A stretch of DNA of 64,000 nt from Clostridia bacterium (GTDB lineage: Bacteria; Bacillota; Clostridia; Oscillospirales; CAG-272), in contig JAFQOX010000041.1 in the NCBI GenBank assembly GCA_017412045.1, forward strand, positions 10,689 to 74,688, read 5' to 3'. The translations under genes and the position numbers were made by a program. Under the pieces are notes generated by a model that saw only the letters and a program-made list of their open reading frames with translations, did not search any database and was not told the origin of the DNA. Position 1 is the first letter of the stretch. Each line of letters begins with the position of its first letter. Shown piece after piece: positions 31,956 through 41,272 of the stretch.

Positions 31956-33122
31956 ATGGATTATCAGAGAGTTTACGCCAAAATAGACCTGGATGCCATT
32001 GCGCACAATATCGCGCTCGTAAAAAAGAAGATTGCCGATAAAACCAAGCTGATGCTGATCATCAAAGCGGATGCCTACGGACACGGCGCCGTCGTGATCG
32101 CAAAGGAATTTGAGGCGCAGGCGGATTATTTCGGCGTGGCAGAAATGAACGAGGCGCTGGAGCTTCGGGCGGCGGGCATTCAAAAGCCGATCCTGATCCT
32201 CGGCTATACCTCGCCGTTTCTCCATGAAAAGGCTTTGGAAAACGATATTACGCTGACGGTATTCCAATATCAAAACATTGAAAAGCTTTCCTCGACCGCC
32301 GCAAGGCTTGGCAAGGAAGCGAAGATCCATTTTGCCGTGGACACGGGAATGTCACGTATCGGCTTCGGTGTGACCGAGGAGGATGCGGATCTGGCAGCAA
32401 GAGCGTCAAGGCTGCCGTTTATCCGTCTGGAGGGAATCTTCAGCCATTTTGCCATGGCGGATGCCATCGACAAGACCTCCGCGGAAAAGCAAAGATGCCT
32501 CTTCGAGCAATTTCTTTCCATGCTGCGGGTCAGGGGCGTCGAAGCGCCCATCCGCCATCTGGACAACAGCGCAGGAATTCTTTCCTTTGAAAACGGGTAC
32601 GATATGGTTCGTGAGGGAATTATCCTTTACGGGCTGTATCCGTCGGAGGAGGTTTGCTCTCAGGTTGGCGATTTTTACGATTTCCGTCCCGCGATGGAGA
32701 TCATTACCCATATTTCTCATATCAAAATGCTGGAGGCGCATCACGGCATTGGATACGGTCACACCTACGTGACCGATAAGCCCTTGCGCGTGGCGACGGT
32801 CCCTGTGGGATATGCGGACGGTTATCCACGCGCGCTCTCGAACCGCGGCGAGGTTCTGATTCACGGAAAGCGCTGTCCCATCCTCGGCAGAATCTGTATG
32901 GATCAGATGATGGTGGACGTGACCGACGTTCCGGAAGCGTTGCCGGAGGATCCCGTAATTCTCGTCGGAAAAGACGGAGAGGAGGCTATCTCCGTTCAAG
33001 AGGTTGCCGACGCGGCGTATTCCTTTCATTACGAGTTCGTTTGCGGGATTGCCAGAAGAATTCCGCGGATCTACGTACGGGACGGAAACGTTGTTCAGCA
33101 AAGCTTGTACCTGAATATATAA
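31956..33122 (+). CDS. alr: Alanine racemase
   Basis: IKADAYGHG PLP lysine, DTGMSRIG, GYADG and GRICMDQ. Confidence 0.95.
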   Translation: MDYQRVYAKIDLDAIAHNIALVKKKIADKTKLMLIIKADAYGHGAVVIAKEFEAQADYFGVAEMNEALELRAAGIQKPILILGYTSPFLHEKALENDITLTVFQYQNIEKLSSTAARLGKEAKIHFAVDTGMSRIGFGVTEEDADLAARASRLPFIRLEGIFSHFAMADAIDKTSAEKQRCLFEQFLSMLRVRGVEAPIRHLDNSAGILSFENGYDMVREGIILYGLYPSEEVCSQVGDFYDFRPAMEIITHISHIKMLEAHHGIGYGHTYVTDKPLRVATVPVGYADGYPRALSNRGEVLIHGKRCPILGRICMDQMMVDVTDVPEALPEDPVILVGKDGEEAISVQEVADAAYSFHYEFVCGIARRIPRIYVRDGNVVQQSLYLNI

Positions 33123-33538
33123 TATCAAAAGACGATGCTTTTTGTTTTAAAAAAGAACGCATCGTCTTTATTATGTTTAAGCTCCCGTGCCGTGTAAGCA
33201 GACACTTGCTCCGCGATTGACGATAATCCATGGGGACGTTTTCAAAAAGATATATAAAAATGTATTTATTTGTGGTATATGTTCATAATTTATTTCATTT
33301 TTTTTGTAATGTTAGTAAAAAAGAAGAAAATTTTTTGCGGTTGAAAAAAAGTCAGAAAAACTATTGCTTTTTTAATTTCTTTATGATATTATAATTGTGA
33401 AGAGGAGTATATTTCGGAAAAGAATTTGGGTAATTTTGTTTCAATGTATTGAAAATTTGGTTTTTTTGCACAAACCAACGATTTTCAGGTTTTGATATAA
33501 ACAGAAAATACAAAATCTTGGAAAAAGGAGATTTGAAG

Positions 33539-34315
33539 ATGGACAAAAAAGATAATATGATATCTGAATATTATACGATTGATTTGTTGCATATCGTGAA
33601 ACGCGTATGGCATTATATTTGGGCGGTTGCTCTGGCAAGCGTGCTTGCGGCAGTAATCGGCTTTTGTTATGCATCCTTCTTGATCGCCCCGACGTATTCC
33701 TCCTCGGTCATGCTCTACGTCAATAACAATTCGTTTTCTGTGGGAAGCACGGACTTTACGATCAGCTCCTCGCAGATCTCGGCGGCGCAAAGCCTGGTTG
33801 ATACGTACAGCGAGATCTTAAATAACCGGACCACTTTGGAGCGTGTCATCGATAAAGCCGACATTTCATATAAATATGAAGAGCTTTCCAAAATGATCAC
33901 GGCGGGTCAGTCGAACGGTACGGAAATTATGAAGGTCACCGTAGTTTCCGAAAATCCGGAAGAGGCTGCAAAGATCGCGAATGCCATCGCCGAGGTTTTA
34001 CCGCTCAGAATCTCGGAGATCATCGAGGGTGCTTCTATGGAAATCGTTGATACGGCAGTTCCGAATTATCGGAAAATTGCGCCGAGCATTACCAAGTATA
34101 CAGCGGTTGCATTTATTTTGGGCTTACTGCTTTCCGTGGGTGTGATTGCGGTATTGGCAATCATGGACGATACGATCCACGATGAAAATTATATCCTCCA
34201 GAATTACAATTATCCGATTCTGGCGAAGATCCCCGATCTGATGGAAAAGGATTCCAAGCATTACGGCGGATATCACTACTACTATTATCAGGGCGAGCAA
34301 GAATCCAAGGATTGA
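33539..34315 (+). CDS. Wzz/CpsC polysaccharide chain-length regulator
   Basis: Two TM helices around an extracellular loop, upstream of the BY-kinase. Confidence 0.85.
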   Translation: MDKKDNMISEYYTIDLLHIVKRVWHYIWAVALASVLAAVIGFCYASFLIAPTYSSSVMLYVNNNSFSVGSTDFTISSSQISAAQSLVDTYSEILNNRTTLERVIDKADISYKYEELSKMITAGQSNGTEIMKVTVVSENPEEAAKIANAIAEVLPLRISEIIEGASMEIVDTAVPNYRKIAPSITKYTAVAFILGLLLSVGVIAVLAIMDDTIHDENYILQNYNYPILAKIPDLMEKDSKHYGGYHYYYYQGEQESKD

Positions 34316-34326
34316 AGGTGAGAGAT

Positions 34327-35112
34327 ATGATGAAAACGAAGCAGAAAAAACACAGTACATCATTTTCGGCAGCCGAAAACGGCAAAACGTTACATAAAAA
34401 TCTGGATTTTACAGCGACGGAGCAATATAAGCTTTTGCGTACCAACCTGGGCTTTACCTTGCCCGCCGGCGAAAAATGTCCCGTCATCGGTGTAACCAGC
34501 TCGATCCGAGGCGAAGGAAAAAGTACGACGTCCATCAACCTTTCGTACGTGCTTGCGGAAAAAGGAAGCAAGGTTTTGCTGATTGACGGAGACCTCAGAC
34601 TTCCTTCCGTTGCGAAAAAAATGGAGCTGGACCAGAAAAAGGGTCTGACCGATTTTTTGATGGGTCAGGGTGGCAATCTGGAAGATTTCCGATCTCCCTT
34701 GCTCGAAAACTGGTACATTATGACCTCGGGAACGATCCCCCCCAATCCCTCAGAGCTTCTTGGCTCAAGCAGAATGAACGCTCTGCTGACGGAGTTCCGT
34801 AAAACGTTCGATTATATCGTGCTTGACTTACCTCCCGTGAACCTGGTTTCCGACGCGATGTCTGTTGCGGGATATATTACGGGCATGGTCGTCGTTGCCA
34901 GAGAGGAATATATCGAGAAGAAGGATCTGAAGGCCTGCTTCCGACAGCTTGAGCTTTCCAACGTCAAGATCCTTGGCTGCGTGATGACGTGCGCAAAACG
35001 CAAAAGCGGCTCGTACGGAAAATACGGTAAATATAAGCGCTATAAATATTACGGTCATTACGGTCACGATGCCGAAAGTCAAAAAGAAAGCGGAAAGGGT
35101 GGCAAGCCGTGA
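34327..35112 (+). CDS. CpsD/CapB-family bacterial tyrosine kinase
   Basis: GEGKST Walker A, IDGDLRLP, LDLPP and C-terminal Tyr cluster. Confidence 0.93.
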   Translation: MMKTKQKKHSTSFSAAENGKTLHKNLDFTATEQYKLLRTNLGFTLPAGEKCPVIGVTSSIRGEGKSTTSINLSYVLAEKGSKVLLIDGDLRLPSVAKKMELDQKKGLTDFLMGQGGNLEDFRSPLLENWYIMTSGTIPPNPSELLGSSRMNALLTEFRKTFDYIVLDLPPVNLVSDAMSVAGYITGMVVVAREEYIEKKDLKACFRQLELSNVKILGCVMTCAKRKSGSYGKYGKYKRYKYYGHYGHDAESQKESGKGGKP

Positions 35113-35810
35113 TTGACTGGCACTCCCATATCTTGCCGAATATGGATGACGGAAGCCGCAACGTGTCGGAAAGCACGACTCTTCTGAGAATGCTGTCCGA
35201 TCAGGGCGTCGATACCGTTGTCGCCACGCCGCACTTTTATGCGACCGCAGAGTCGGCGGAGGATTTTTTGCGAAGAAGAGCGCAATGCCATGAAAGCCTG
35301 ACGGCTTCGATTCCATCCGATTTTGACTGCCCGCGCATTTTGCTCGGTGCGGAGGTCAAATATTATCCGGGGATCAGCGCGCGAGAGGATCTGCGTGATT
35401 TTTGTATCGAAGGTACGCGGTTGCTTTTATTGGAAATGCCTTTTTCCGAATGGACGGAATACACGGTCAGGGAATTGAACGTGCTTGCCTGTTCAAAGGG
35501 CGTTACCATTGTTCTGGCGCATATCGAGCGATATTTGCCGTTCCAGAAATCAGATTTGTGGAATCGGCTTCGCAATAACGGCATATTGATGCAAATGAAT
35601 GCAAGCTATTTTTCAGGTCTCGGCACGAGGCGGAAAGCGCTTCGCTTGCTGGAGGACGGTTTCGTCCATATGCTTGGATCGGACTGTCACAACACGACCT
35701 CACGGCCGCCCTTGATGTCACGCGCTTGCGGCGTGATACGTAAGAGGTTCGGAGAAAACTTTATCAGTCAAATGCATGAGTACGGTCATTCCTTACTCGT
35801 GTATAAATAA
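35109..35810 (+). CDS. CpsB/CapC PHP-family tyrosine phosphatase
   Basis: IDWHSHILP..DDG, ATPH, AHIERY and GSDCHN. Confidence 0.93.
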   Translation: MIDWHSHILPNMDDGSRNVSESTTLLRMLSDQGVDTVVATPHFYATAESAEDFLRRRAQCHESLTASIPSDFDCPRILLGAEVKYYPGISAREDLRDFCIEGTRLLLLEMPFSEWTEYTVRELNVLACSKGVTIVLAHIERYLPFQKSDLWNRLRNNGILMQMNASYFSGLGTRRKALRLLEDGFVHMLGSDCHNTTSRPPLMSRACGVIRKRFGENFISQMHEYGHSLLVYK

Positions 35811-35839
35811 AATACTTATTTTCAGAAAGGATTTTCAAA

Positions 35840-36601
35840 ATGAAAAAAATCGTATTGTTTGTCATGGTTCTTGCCCTGACGCTTAGCTGGAGCCTCGCAG
35901 TCTCCGCTAATTTCGTTCCCAGCATTGAAGCAAAACCCGCTCCCGAGGTTTCCGGCGCTACTGACGAAGCAGGTGAAGCAATCCAGATGGTCATCGTTTC
36001 CTTGGCCAATAAGGATGAGCTTCCCGAAGAAGCAAAGCAGGCTCTCGAAACTGCTTACAACCAGATCGTAAATGCAAAAGACATTTCCGAGGTAAGCGCA
36101 ACGATCAAGGAACAGATCGAAGAATTGGCAGAAAATGCCGGCGTTGAGGCGGAAGAGCTCATTGCTTCCGATCTCTTTGATCTCAGCCCCGAAAATCTCG
36201 GCGAAGCTACCGAGAACGGCGAGTACAACATTTCTCTTGCCGTTCCTTCCCTGAAGAACTTCGTTTGTCTGCTCCACTACGTTGACGGCGAATGGGAAAT
36301 CGTTTCCAACGCAAAGGTTTCCGCAGACGGTAAGAACCTTGAGTTCTCCGTAGACGGCTTCTCTCCCTTTGCAATCATCACTGCTTCTCCCGATGCAGTC
36401 GTTGATCCTGCAAGAAAGCCCGTTCCGCTGGTCGTTTGGATTCTGATCGGTATTCTCGTCGGCGCTCTGATCGACGTTGCTATCATTTTCTTCATGGAAA
36501 AGAAAGCAAAACAGACTGCTGCTGCGGTTAACGCAAACCAGGCTCTGAAGGACAGCGCTGAAGAAAACGTTGCAAGCAAAGATAAGCGCTCCAAAAAATA
36601 A
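35840..36601 (+). CDS. Hypothetical secreted protein with C-terminal membrane anchor
   Basis: Signal peptide, acidic body, C-terminal TM helix and basic tail. Confidence 0.7.
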   Translation: MKKIVLFVMVLALTLSWSLAVSANFVPSIEAKPAPEVSGATDEAGEAIQMVIVSLANKDELPEEAKQALETAYNQIVNAKDISEVSATIKEQIEELAENAGVEAEELIASDLFDLSPENLGEATENGEYNISLAVPSLKNFVCLLHYVDGEWEIVSNAKVSADGKNLEFSVDGFSPFAIITASPDAVVDPARKPVPLVVWILIGILVGALIDVAIIFFMEKKAKQTAAAVNANQALKDSAEENVASKDKRSKK

Positions 36602-36610
36602 TCGCATACA

Positions 36611-37600
36611 ATGAAAAGAATCGAAGATAACAAAACGCATTACGGAATCTATATCGTAACGGTTTCGGTTATTGTTAGTCTTCTGATCGGTGCCCTGTCG
36701 TTTTTGTTCATATGGGAAAAGCGACAGGGCACTTTCCCTTCACAAACGGCGCCCGAAGTTTTTGAATATGAAGGTGAAACGTACGTTTTGAAAAAAGATA
36801 TTCAAACCTTCCTCGTGCTCGGTCTTGATAAATTTGAAACCGGTTCGCCCAACGTTTCCTATAACAATGATCAGCAGGCGGACTTTTTGATGCTCCTGGT
36901 CATTGATAACAATGAAAAAAAGGTTTCCGCGCTTCAGATCAATCGCGATACCATGACGGACGTGAATATTCTTGGCTTGAATGGAAACCGCGTCGATACC
37001 GTTACCATGCAGATCGCGCTTTCCCATACCTATGGAAACGGAAAGGTGATCAGCTGTCATAACGCGATGGAGTCGGTTTCAAAGCTTTTGAAAAACGTCA
37101 AAATTGATCATGGAATGTCCATGAAAATGGACGCGGTTTCCATTTTCAACGACCTTGTCGGCGGTGTCGAGATCACGCTCACGGAGGATTTTACTTATCT
37201 GGACGCCTCGATGGTCAAGGGCGCGACGGTTCTTTTGAAGGGGGAGCAGGCACTGCATTACGTGCGCAGCCGTTCCGGATTTGAGGACAGCAGTAATATT
37301 GCTCGTATGGAACGCCAAAGACAATATATGAATGCGCTGTATGAACGCGTATTGGATGCCATAGACAAGGATGATTCTTTTATTCTGGACGCTTCCCTGA
37401 AAACTGCGGATTATATCGTTTCCGATTGTTCGACCGCGCAGCTGCAGCGTTTGGCAGATAAATTGATTGATTATGAATTTTCCGGCATCCGGACCCTGGA
37501 CGGTGAAAGCGTAAAGGGCGAAAAATATATGGAGTTTTATCCGACCGAGGATTCGATCATGAAGAACGTGCTGGAGCTTTTCTATACGAAAAAAGATTGA
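36611..37600 (+). CDS. LCP (LytR-CpsA-Psr) family protein
   Basis: N-terminal TM, ADFLML, INRDT, YVRSR and RMERQRQ. Confidence 0.9.
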   Translation: MKRIEDNKTHYGIYIVTVSVIVSLLIGALSFLFIWEKRQGTFPSQTAPEVFEYEGETYVLKKDIQTFLVLGLDKFETGSPNVSYNNDQQADFLMLLVIDNNEKKVSALQINRDTMTDVNILGLNGNRVDTVTMQIALSHTYGNGKVISCHNAMESVSKLLKNVKIDHGMSMKMDAVSIFNDLVGGVEITLTEDFTYLDASMVKGATVLLKGEQALHYVRSRSGFEDSSNIARMERQRQYMNALYERVLDAIDKDDSFILDASLKTADYIVSDCSTAQLQRLADKLIDYEFSGIRTLDGESVKGEKYMEFYPTEDSIMKNVLELFYTKKD

Positions 37601-37612
37601 TTTCACGACATC

Positions 37613-37675
37613 AAATATCCCCGGAGCATTGTGCCGACCGTATCGCAGTCGGTTTGATGTGTCCGGGGATATTTT
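37613..37675. terminator. Bidirectional terminator between LCP gene and spoIIID 3' half
   Basis: AAATATCCCCGGA...TCCGGGGATATTT. Confidence 0.7.
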
Positions 37676-37701
37676 TCGTTTGACGGGAAAATTTGAAGCC
37701 T

Positions 37702-37872
37702 TTACCCGTTTTCTGATAAAGGATCAGCGCAGACCTTTTGTTGCATATATTTTTGGCGGGTAGCTTCTCCGCCTCTCACGTGCCGTTCCTGTTTATTTTG
37801 CTCCAGAACGGTGGCGACCTCTCGGTGAAGCGATGGGTTGATATGCTTCAACCGCTCGCTTACGTCCTTATG
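37702..37872 (-). CDS. spoIIID: 3' half of split stage III sporulation protein D gene
   Basis: HKDVSERLKHINPSLHREVATVLEQNKQERHVRGGEATRQKY matches the SpoIIID C-terminal half (RHxRGGEAT). No SpoIIID N-terminus precedes it. Confidence 0.9.
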   Translation of the reverse strand, partial: HKDVSERLKHINPSLHREVATVLEQNKQERHVRGGEATRQKYMQQKVCADPLSENG

Positions 37873-37939
37873 TACGGACGTTGGAAACAGGAATGCTACG
37901 GACGCGCCGCCCGATTGGCAATGAGAGCGCAAAAACGTC

Positions 37940-39430
37940 TTAAGTGAAAGCGTTCAGATAAATATCAATATATCCCTCCTTGTCCACCTTGATCTCCCGA
38001 ATGATTTCCTTCAGCTTCGCGTTGGAGAGCGCACGGATATCCGTGATGGCTTCTGTATTGCGAAAAACAGAGTCCAGCGCGTTTTCAAAATTTTTCTGAT
38101 GAGATTCGCGGGAATATGCTTGCCGTTCGTATTCCAGCCGTAGGATTTCCGCTTTTATGACAGACAGTTTTTTCTGTAATTCTTCGAGAGAGATCATATC
38201 GTTTGTGAAAAGGCAGATCAGCTTTTCTCTGTAAGCTTGGAGTTCAGAGAGCCTTTTTTCGATTGATTCTTTTTCTTTTTCGGCTTTCCCGTTTTTGGCG
38301 TATTTTTGCAAGAATATTTCTTTCGCCGCGCGGATATATTTTTCTTTTTCGGAAAGAAGCGCGGAAAAATATTTTCGGATCTCGGAAATGAGAACGTCCT
38401 CGTCGATCTGAACTGCGTTCGGACAAGCGCCCGTTCCCTGCTGATTACGCCCCGAGCAGCTCCAACGCACGTAGGTGTTTTGATAAGTTCTGCTGATACG
38501 GCGGAAGGAGTAGCCGCATTCCTCGCATTGGATCAGCGTGGAAAACAGGTGTCGGTTGCTATGCCTCGTTTTGTTTGTTTGAAAGGAACGACTTCGCTCC
38601 TCCAAAAGTCTTTGCGCTTTCTCAAAAGTCGCTTCATCAATGATTTTCAGATCGGGATTTTGCGTGATAAAAAAATCCTTTTCATCTTTGTTCACGCGCT
38701 TGCTGTCCGGGAAATTCACGATTTCCTGTTTGCCGTTGACGATCCTGCCGATATAAATAGGGTGAGAAAGGATTCTCGCCACGGCATTTTGCGACCATTT
38801 ACAGCCGCGCTTGGTGGTGATTCCCATACCGTTGAGGATTTGCGCGATCTTTAACGTACCCTCCCCGTCCTCAGTATATTTTTTGAAAATCATCCGCACG
38901 GTTTCCGCTTCTTTTTCATTGATATTCAAATGAAAATAGTCCCCGTTGATCTTATCATAACCGAAAATGAGATTGGGTACTTTCCCCTTTTCCGCGTTGA
39001 ATCGTTTGCTGAATTTGATTCGCTGGGACGTATGGCGGCTCTCCTCCTGCGCCATTGCAGCCAGCAAGGTCAGCATAAATTCATTTCCGCCCATGTTGCT
39101 CATCCGACCGTTCAGAAATTGTACGTCAATGCCGAGCGACAGAAGCTTTCGGTAAGCATCTAAAAAATCCAGCGTATTGCGCGCGAGTCGGGAAACGTCC
39201 TTGATGAGAACGGCTTGAAACGTACGCGACTCCGCGTCGTGCATCATTTGATTGAATGCGGCGCGGTTTTTTGTTTTCGTGCCCGAAATTCCCTGATCGG
39301 AATAAATGTGAAGCAGATGCATTCCGTTTTTTTGCGCGTACGCCCCGAAGAACTCTTTTTGGGTTTGCAAGCTGTTCAGCTGATCCTTTTCATCCGTGGA
39401 AACACGGCAATAAGCAACGACGTTGAGCAT
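37940..39430 (-). CDS. Large serine recombinase (resolvase + recombinase + zinc ribbon + coiled coil)
   Basis: AYCRVST catalytic Ser, DQGISG, DVSRLARN, AQEES, FGYD and CEECG...WSCS...C. Confidence 0.95.
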   Translation of the reverse strand: MLNVVAYCRVSTDEKDQLNSLQTQKEFFGAYAQKNGMHLLHIYSDQGISGTKTKNRAAFNQMMHDAESRTFQAVLIKDVSRLARNTLDFLDAYRKLLSLGIDVQFLNGRMSNMGGNEFMLTLLAAMAQEESRHTSQRIKFSKRFNAEKGKVPNLIFGYDKINGDYFHLNINEKEAETVRMIFKKYTEDGEGTLKIAQILNGMGITTKRGCKWSQNAVARILSHPIYIGRIVNGKQEIVNFPDSKRVNKDEKDFFITQNPDLKIIDEATFEKAQRLLEERSRSFQTNKTRHSNRHLFSTLIQCEECGYSFRRISRTYQNTYVRWSCSGRNQQGTGACPNAVQIDEDVLISEIRKYFSALLSEKEKYIRAAKEIFLQKYAKNGKAEKEKESIEKRLSELQAYREKLICLFTNDMISLEELQKKLSVIKAEILRLEYERQAYSRESHQKNFENALDSVFRNTEAITDIRALSNAKLKEIIREIKVDKEGYIDIYLNAFT

Positions 39431-39445
39431 AAAACACCTACCTCT

Positions 39446-39560
39446 CTTTTTTATCGCATAGGAAATTGCGCAAATAGAACCTCGCCGTTTATATCGTTTG
39501 GATACAGTCTTAACTGCGATAGGCGAGCAACCTCCGGCGGGCGTTGCCCGCTTTTTTATC
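39446..39560 (+). repeat. Dispersed structured repeat family A, copy 5
   Basis: Full core in reverse orientation, with CTTTTTTATC repeated at 39446-39455 and 39551-39560. Confidence 0.9.
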
Positions 39561-39744
39561 ATGCGCTATACGAAGAGGCGTCGTTTTCCGCGGGGCGTTC
39601 CAGCCCTTTTGCGGCAGCCGTATGTAAAATCATTTCTTCTATCCTTTCCATATTTGCTTCCACGGCTGTCTTTAAAAAGAAAAGGGCGGTGATTTCCTCG
39701 GTATTGGGATCGTGAAATCGAAAAACGTAATTTTTTTCCTTCAT
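39559..39744 (-). CDS. 61-aa protein upstream of the recombinase, candidate recombination directionality factor
   Basis: GGAGG RBS. The YxFRFHDPN...LKxxVEAN motif resembles small ORFs I recall upstream of clostridial serine recombinases. The RDF role is inference. Confidence 0.6.
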   Translation of the reverse strand: MKEKNYVFRFHDPNTEEITALFFLKTAVEANMERIEEMILHTAAAKGLERPAENDASSYSA

Positions 39745-40015
39745 ATTTTCCTCCGGATTGGATTTGTTTTTGATCGATCCATAGCAATATACGATATTGG
39801 CGCTTGCATATCGGCTTTTATTTGCTGAACGCTTGATGAAATCAAGGATATGCAAAAAAATTTACCGATTATTCATACACGCCGCCATAAAATGTGGTAT
39901 ACTGTTACAAAAGAGCTTTCGTGAGCACCGGACCGCCGTGGGACGACAGGGTCCCGAATTTGAAAATCATATGGCAACGAATGGTTTCCGGATCATCTCT
40001 GAATATTTTTGACTA

Positions 40016-40044
40016 CCCCCGAGCCGCTTGATTCGGGGGTTTTT
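40016..40044 (+). terminator. Terminator in the leader upstream of wecB
   Basis: CCCCCGAG...TTCGGGGG followed by TTTTT. Confidence 0.7.
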
Positions 40045-40166
40045 CGTTTGGCGGAGCAGCACTTCGTTCGTATGAGAACCATTGGCTTCATACCGTTGCG
40101 ATGACTTTATTTTGAATGGGACGGAAATGGGTTAAAATCCCAATCATAAAAAGGAGATTTCGTGAG

Positions 40167-41261
40167 ATGAAAACCATTATGCTTGTGTTCGGCACACGCC
40201 CGGAGGCGATCAAAATGTGCCCCCTTGTAAACGAATTGAAGACGAGAAAAACAGTCCGGACGGTCGTATGCGTGAGCGGTCAACACCGTCAAATGCTGGA
40301 TACGGTGCTGGATACCTTCCGGGTGATTCCGGATTATGATCTTTCCGTTATGAAAACGGGTCAAACCTTGTTTGACGTTACGAGCAATATACTGCTCGGC
40401 ATCGGAAACGTTCTGGATGAAGCGAAGCCGGACGTCGTGCTGGTCCATGGAGATACCTCGACTGCGTTCGCTGCCGCCCTCGCGTGCTTTTATAAGAAGA
40501 TTCCAGTCGGACACGTGGAAGCAGGACTGCGGACGTATAACGTCGACAGCCCTTATCCGGAAGAATTCAACCGTCGCGCGATCGGGATCGTTGCCAGATA
40601 TCATTTTGCTCCCACCGCGCTTTCCGGGGGCAACCTGCTGAACGAGGGTAAGGATCCGTCTTCGGTCTATATTACGGGCAATACCGCGATCGATGCGCTC
40701 CAAACCACCGTTCGAAAGGATTATAGGCATCCGGAGCTGGATTGGGCAAGGGACAGCAGGCTGATCATGATTACCGCGCATCGCCGCGAAAATCTCGGTG
40801 AGCCCATGCGTCGGATGTTCCGCGCGATCCGCCGCGTGATGGATGACCACCCGGACGTCAAAGCGATCTATCCGATTCATATGAACCCTGCGGTGCGACG
40901 GGCAGCAAAAGAAACGTTGGACGGCTGTGACCGAATCCATATGATCGAACCGCTCGACGTGATCGCTTTTCATAATTTTCTGGCGCGCAGCTTTATGATT
41001 CTGACGGATAGCGGCGGCGTTCAGGAGGAAGCGCCTTCGCTGGGGAAGCCCGTGCTTGTCATGCGGGATACCACGGAACGTCCCGAAGGAATTCGGGCGG
41101 GAACGCTGAAGCTGGTCGGCACGGACGAGCAGGTCATTTATGACAACTTCCGCTTGCTGCTGGAGGACCGCGCCGTATATGAATCCATGTCCGAAGCGAG
41201 CAATCCGTACGGAGACGGCCTTGCCTGTAAAAGAATTGCCGATATATTGACGCAGATATAA
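40167..41261 (+). CDS. wecB: UDP-N-acetylglucosamine 2-epimerase (non-hydrolysing)
   Basis: FGTRPEAIKM, HGDTST, HVEAGLR, TAHRREN, TDSGGVQEEAP and NPYGDG. Confidence 0.96.
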   Translation: MKTIMLVFGTRPEAIKMCPLVNELKTRKTVRTVVCVSGQHRQMLDTVLDTFRVIPDYDLSVMKTGQTLFDVTSNILLGIGNVLDEAKPDVVLVHGDTSTAFAAALACFYKKIPVGHVEAGLRTYNVDSPYPEEFNRRAIGIVARYHFAPTALSGGNLLNEGKDPSSVYITGNTAIDALQTTVRKDYRHPELDWARDSRLIMITAHRRENLGEPMRRMFRAIRRVMDDHPDVKAIYPIHMNPAVRRAAKETLDGCDRIHMIEPLDVIAFHNFLARSFMILTDSGGVQEEAPSLGKPVLVMRDTTERPEGIRAGTLKLVGTDEQVIYDNFRLLLEDRAVYESMSEASNPYGDGLACKRIADILTQI

Positions 41262-41272
41262 GGTCAAAGAGC

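Noticed and set aside
37873-37932. ORF-track N-terminus MRSHCQSGG... on the spoIIID 3' half
   Set aside because: Element sequence upstream of the att core, with no RBS and no SpoIIID similarity.
39431-39562. N-terminal extension MIKKRATPAGG... of the recombinase in the ORF track
   Set aside because: It is a translation of repeat A. The real start is MLNVVAYCRVST at 39430 with its own RBS.
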